DNA of 64,000 nucleotides from Alphaproteobacteria bacterium (GTDB lineage Bacteria; Pseudomonadota; Alphaproteobacteria; UBA7879): NCBI GenBank assembly GCA_965178295.1, contig CBCXTT010000003.1, positions 88,114 to 152,113 of the forward strand, read 5' to 3'. Shown piece by piece: positions 60,723 to 64,000 of this stretch (position 1 is its first letter; each line of letters starts with the position of its first letter). The notes under the pieces were generated by a model. It saw only the letters and a program-made list of their open reading frames with translations, ran no database searches and was not told where the DNA came from. The position numbers and the translations under genes were made by a program.

Positions 60723-61292
60723 ATGGAAACTCTCTCTGCACTTTTAATAGAGTATAAGTACTGGATTGTTGTGGCGGGCGCACTTCTAGAAGGTGAAGTG
60801 GCGCTTTTGCTAGCTGGGGCTGCGGCATACCATGGCTACATGTCTTTGAGCTTAGTCATGCTCATTTCATTTTTGGGGGCCATGTTTCATGATCACTTGC
60901 TTTTCTTTATTGGACGGTATATGGGGAAACCGTTTCTTGCACGTTATCCCAGGTTACGTAAAAAATCACAACGAGTTCTTAATATGTTTCACAAACATCA
61001 AAACAAGCTTATTTTGAGCTTTCGCTTTATCTACGGACTTAGAACAGTAACCCCTATTATTATTGGAACAAGTGATATTTTTCTGAAGCGCTACTCTGTC
61101 CTTACCATGATTGCAGCAATTATTTGGGCGATCATTATTGCTTATCTAGGCTATGTTTTTGCGGCGGCGCTGGAGGTTGTGATCGTCTATTTTCAGCAAG
61201 GTCAGAAAATCCTTGCAGCCATCTTAGTCTGTTTTTTTATTGTTGCTTTTATCATTTATAAACTCAACAAGCTATACAAAAAAGACTCGTGA
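60723..61292 (+). CDS. dedA: DedA family inner-membrane protein (VTT/SNARE-associated domain)
   Basis: …YKYWIVVAGALLEGEVALLLAGAAA…FIGRYMGKPFLARYP… motif region. Confidence 0.8.
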   Translation: METLSALLIEYKYWIVVAGALLEGEVALLLAGAAAYHGYMSLSLVMLISFLGAMFHDHLLFFIGRYMGKPFLARYPRLRKKSQRVLNMFHKHQNKLILSFRFIYGLRTVTPIIIGTSDIFLKRYSVLTMIAAIIWAIIIAYLGYVFAAALEVVIVYFQQGQKILAAILVCFFIVAFIIYKLNKLYKKDS

Positions 61293-62245
61293 CAAAATCC
61301 TCCTCAGAGCGCCTTACCTCTCGTTCTGTGTGCGCTACTTATTTTTTCTTTCATGCAGGCGATATAAGGGAAAATAGTTGTTATTCCGAGGGGGGTTGGA
61401 TGAGTTTGTGTCAGGTTTTGTATCGTGTGCTCAAGTTTATTGAGATATATGTTGTGTGCGTCTTCTATTCCTGTTGCGATTGTAAAGTCTAAAAATTAGC
61501 TGTCCTCTCTTCCTGCAGAATCCTATTGTTGCGCATCAGGGAGGACGCGCTTCTTGTGGTGCGACAACTAATTGAGTCGACATCGTTGCGTTATTACCAT
61601 ATTCAATGTGTCGTTTGCATGTTGATGCCATAGGTCCTAGTAGTCTTTTCCGAGTGTTTTGCCCACATCATGCCCTCTTCTCTTCTCCTATTTCTTCTGT
61701 ACGCAATAGGGCGAGGAAAAAGAATACCCCTTCCCCATCAAGATGTATATTATTTCACACAACACTTTGAGAATTCCTTTGGCAACAGTTTTCCTGAGCA
61801 GAGAGCGTAGGGGGGCCGTCGAACAACTACATCTCTTCCTGGCGTACCCCAGTCCAGGTGCGTGTCTGAATTGAGTGACGAATTATTCTGTATTTTTTTG
61901 CATAATTTCTCGAATGAATATCCAAAAATGATGGAGAAAATTGTTTGACATGTCGATAATGTTTATCAGATTCTGAGTCATGTGCGCATGAAATTTTTGG
62001 TGAACCTTTGTTAGGTGTCTATAAACGGCACCATGAAGAAATGAGGGGTGCGTTTATGTCTATCAATCAAGATATGGAGGATTCTGTGAAGAATACCCTG
62101 GACCAGTATGACGGTCATCATGCACTGAACATCTCCCGCTTTTTGCAGACATATCTCTAGTCGATGTCAACTCTTGATGACCATCATACTTAAACATGTG
62201 TGGAAGCGGTGTTCTCATGATTTAGGTAGCGCGCTACTCCATGCT

Positions 62246-63682
62246 CTAATATTGTATAGGCGCTTGTGTTAGATAATTGGGCGGTTGAGTGTTGGACTTG
62301 GATTTTTTTGATATGATTTTTGCAATTTTAGCGTTTCCTAGAGTTTTTTGTATAATTTCTTGAGGGGATTTCAAACCCTCTTTGAATTGAACGTTGCGGC
62401 ATTGTGTGAGAATATCCTGAAAATGTGGGCCTGGTTCTATTCCTATGTTCATGAGGTCTTGTCCGCTTACGATATCTTGAAAATTCCTATCTATTGTTGC
62501 TCCCGCACTTTCGGCGGAAGCTGTAAAAAAATCAATTGCAAGGTATTGATTGCTGAGCGTCTCTTGGCTAGTGTGGCTGAGACGATCTATGCGAGCCAGC
62601 CAGGCTACATCGTATATGGTGAGGCCATGAACATACAAGCGTCGTGCAAGATGTAAATAAAAATCCGCTGAAGGATTACAGAAGAAAGCTTGTTGAGGCA
62701 AGTAATGCAGAGATGTTAAAAGCTGTACTGTCTTGATGAAACGATGAGAAAATCTTAAGCGTTGTAAAAAATCCCCGATCGGCTTTGAACTACTTTCCTC
62801 ATGGCGTGTTGACAAGACTTTGCCCAAATTATGGCAAAGTGCAGCACACATCAACATTCCGTGCTTGTGGTGATCAATAGGTAAGTGTTGCGCAGCATAG
62901 TCTAACACCATCATTGTATGAGCCCATACATCGCTTGCTGGATGCCATTTTGGGTGTTGCGGTACCGAGATTAATGCCGCAATCTCTGGAAAAATATGCA
63001 TTTGATCGATATCACGTAAAAACTTAAAGGCGTTTGAGGGCGTTTTTCCTTTGGTAAGTATTTTTACTAACTCATATTGTATGCGCTCAGTAGATAGCTC
63101 CTTGAGATTGCTATTACGGCATATTTTTTTTAGTACGGGCAAAGGAGTCATGTTGAACTGAGCGGAGAATCGAGCAGCGCGTAGAGGACGTAATGGATCA
63201 TCTCCAAATGTTTCTGGATCAACAGGGCGCAAAATATTGAATTTAATATCTTGTGTCCCATTAAATGGATCTAAAATTTTTTGCCCTATAGGGTCATACC
63301 CTATGGCATTTATTGTAAGATCACGACGTTTAGACGCTCGATCAAAATTTAACCCAGGATCAAGAGAAACGTGAAAGCCCCGATGTCCGGGGACGATTTT
63401 TCTATCCTTTCTGGGGAGAGAAATTTCTATTGCTGGATGAGTTAATTTATATACGCCAAATGATTTTCCTATTGCGCACACCGGGGGGAATTTTTCTAAG
63501 ATTTCCTCTAGTGCATCAGGTGGCAGGTCGTATACCTCTGCATCCACATCTTGGCTTGAGATGCCCATGAGCGTATCTCGCACACATCCACCAACAAAAA
63601 TAAGTCGACCGCCTTGGCTATGAATGGAATCGATGATCTCTTTAAAAGGGTATACATTCATATGGTCAAGGATAGCAAACAT
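62246..63682 (-). CDS. cca: CCA tRNA nucleotidyltransferase / poly(A) polymerase family protein
   Basis: Pol-beta NTase head motif GGCVRD…DVD, plus a C-terminal region with an HD-domain-like His cluster. Confidence 0.75.
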   Translation of the reverse strand: MFAILDHMNVYPFKEIIDSIHSQGGRLIFVGGCVRDTLMGISSQDVDAEVYDLPPDALEEILEKFPPVCAIGKSFGVYKLTHPAIEISLPRKDRKIVPGHRGFHVSLDPGLNFDRASKRRDLTINAIGYDPIGQKILDPFNGTQDIKFNILRPVDPETFGDDPLRPLRAARFSAQFNMTPLPVLKKICRNSNLKELSTERIQYELVKILTKGKTPSNAFKFLRDIDQMHIFPEIAALISVPQHPKWHPASDVWAHTMMVLDYAAQHLPIDHHKHGMLMCAALCHNLGKVLSTRHEESSSKPIGDFLQRLRFSHRFIKTVQLLTSLHYLPQQAFFCNPSADFYLHLARRLYVHGLTIYDVAWLARIDRLSHTSQETLSNQYLAIDFFTASAESAGATIDRNFQDIVSGQDLMNIGIEPGPHFQDILTQCRNVQFKEGLKSPQEIIQKTLGNAKIAKIISKKSKSNTQPPNYLTQAPIQY

Positions 63683-63700
63683 ATGGTCAAGGATAGCACA
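63659..63700. repeat. In-frame 21-bp tandem duplication spanning the cca start codon. It duplicates the start codon and the sequence Ala-Ile-Leu-Asp-His-Met.
   Basis: catatggtcaaggatagcaaa, then catatggtcaaggatagcaca. On the minus strand this reads …CAILDHMFAILDHMNVY…. Confidence 0.85.
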
Positions 63701-63703
63701 AAA

Positions 63704-63997
63704 TTATAGTTGCAATGTATGCAGCTCACCTAAAGCGAGGTCAACTGCATTTTTGAGCTTTGAAACTATACCAGGTATGGCGTCGATATCATTTTTTTCA
63801 CATACCTTTTGAAGGTTGTGTGCACTCTCTGCGATACGAGCCGTACCTAAATTTATTGCATCAGCTTGCATGAGCGCGCCTTCATGACCAAGTTGTACTA
63901 TTGCATTTGATCCAAAAAGTCGATCTACTTCTTGAATGGAGATACGGGTATCATCAATGTACGTTTGAACGAGATCTCGCATCATTTCTGGGCTCAA
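63704..63997 (-). CDS. Hypothetical 97-aa helical protein, possibly a histidine phosphotransfer (Hpt)-like protein
   Basis: Intact ORF close to the cca start. There is only weak resemblance to Hpt helices and no diagnostic HxLKG motif. Confidence 0.3.
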   Translation of the reverse strand: MSPEMMRDLVQTYIDDTRISIQEVDRLFGSNAIVQLGHEGALMQADAINLGTARIAESAHNLQKVCEKNDIDAIPGIVSKLKNAVDLALGELHTLQL

Positions 63998-64000
63998 GGA

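Overview
The window is a 64-kb alphaproteobacterial chromosomal segment of roughly 42-45% GC in coding regions and roughly 30-35% GC in the spacers. Most of it is housekeeping genes on the + strand, in synteny blocks typical of Rhizobiales: rlpA, a D-Ala-D-Ala carboxypeptidase, tmk-holB-metG-tatD, yebC-ruvC-ruvA-ruvB, uvrC-pgsA-trmL-hemF, ffh-rpsP-rimM-trmD-rplS, kdsB, a yejABEF-like peptide ABC transporter, tdk, prmA, a UvrD-like helicase, an aminotransferase, rplU-rpmA-obg-gapR and ccmEFGH-dedA-cca. Interspersed are features that suggest a host-associated lifestyle. (1) An ATP/ADP translocase gene (tlc) lies 2 bp upstream of a eukaryote-type glutamine synthetase II gene on the minus strand. 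(2) Two secreted or lipo-protein genes are built from long, near-perfect tandem repeats. The first has 7.3 copies of a 108-bp unit and overlaps the yejF stop codon by one nucleotide (TAATG). The second has 12.7 copies of a 96-bp unit and is split by a homopolymer slip, A8 where every other copy has A7. (3) A ShlB/FhaC-type two-partner secretion pair, tpsB followed by tpsA, sits downstream of a SCO1/SenC gene. There are also several ~1-kb gene-free gaps, one of which lies after ruvB, where related Rhizobiales usually carry the tol-pal genes as far as I recall. The gaps contain G12, C7 and G8 homopolymers and short perfect tandem duplications. A second homopolymer-associated frame break (T8) affects a small CcmI-like gene after ccmH. 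No rRNA, CRISPR array or transposase is evident, and no tRNA could be confirmed by eye. Gene calls below rest on my recognition of conserved motifs and family-typical sequences in the supplied translations, not on database searches.
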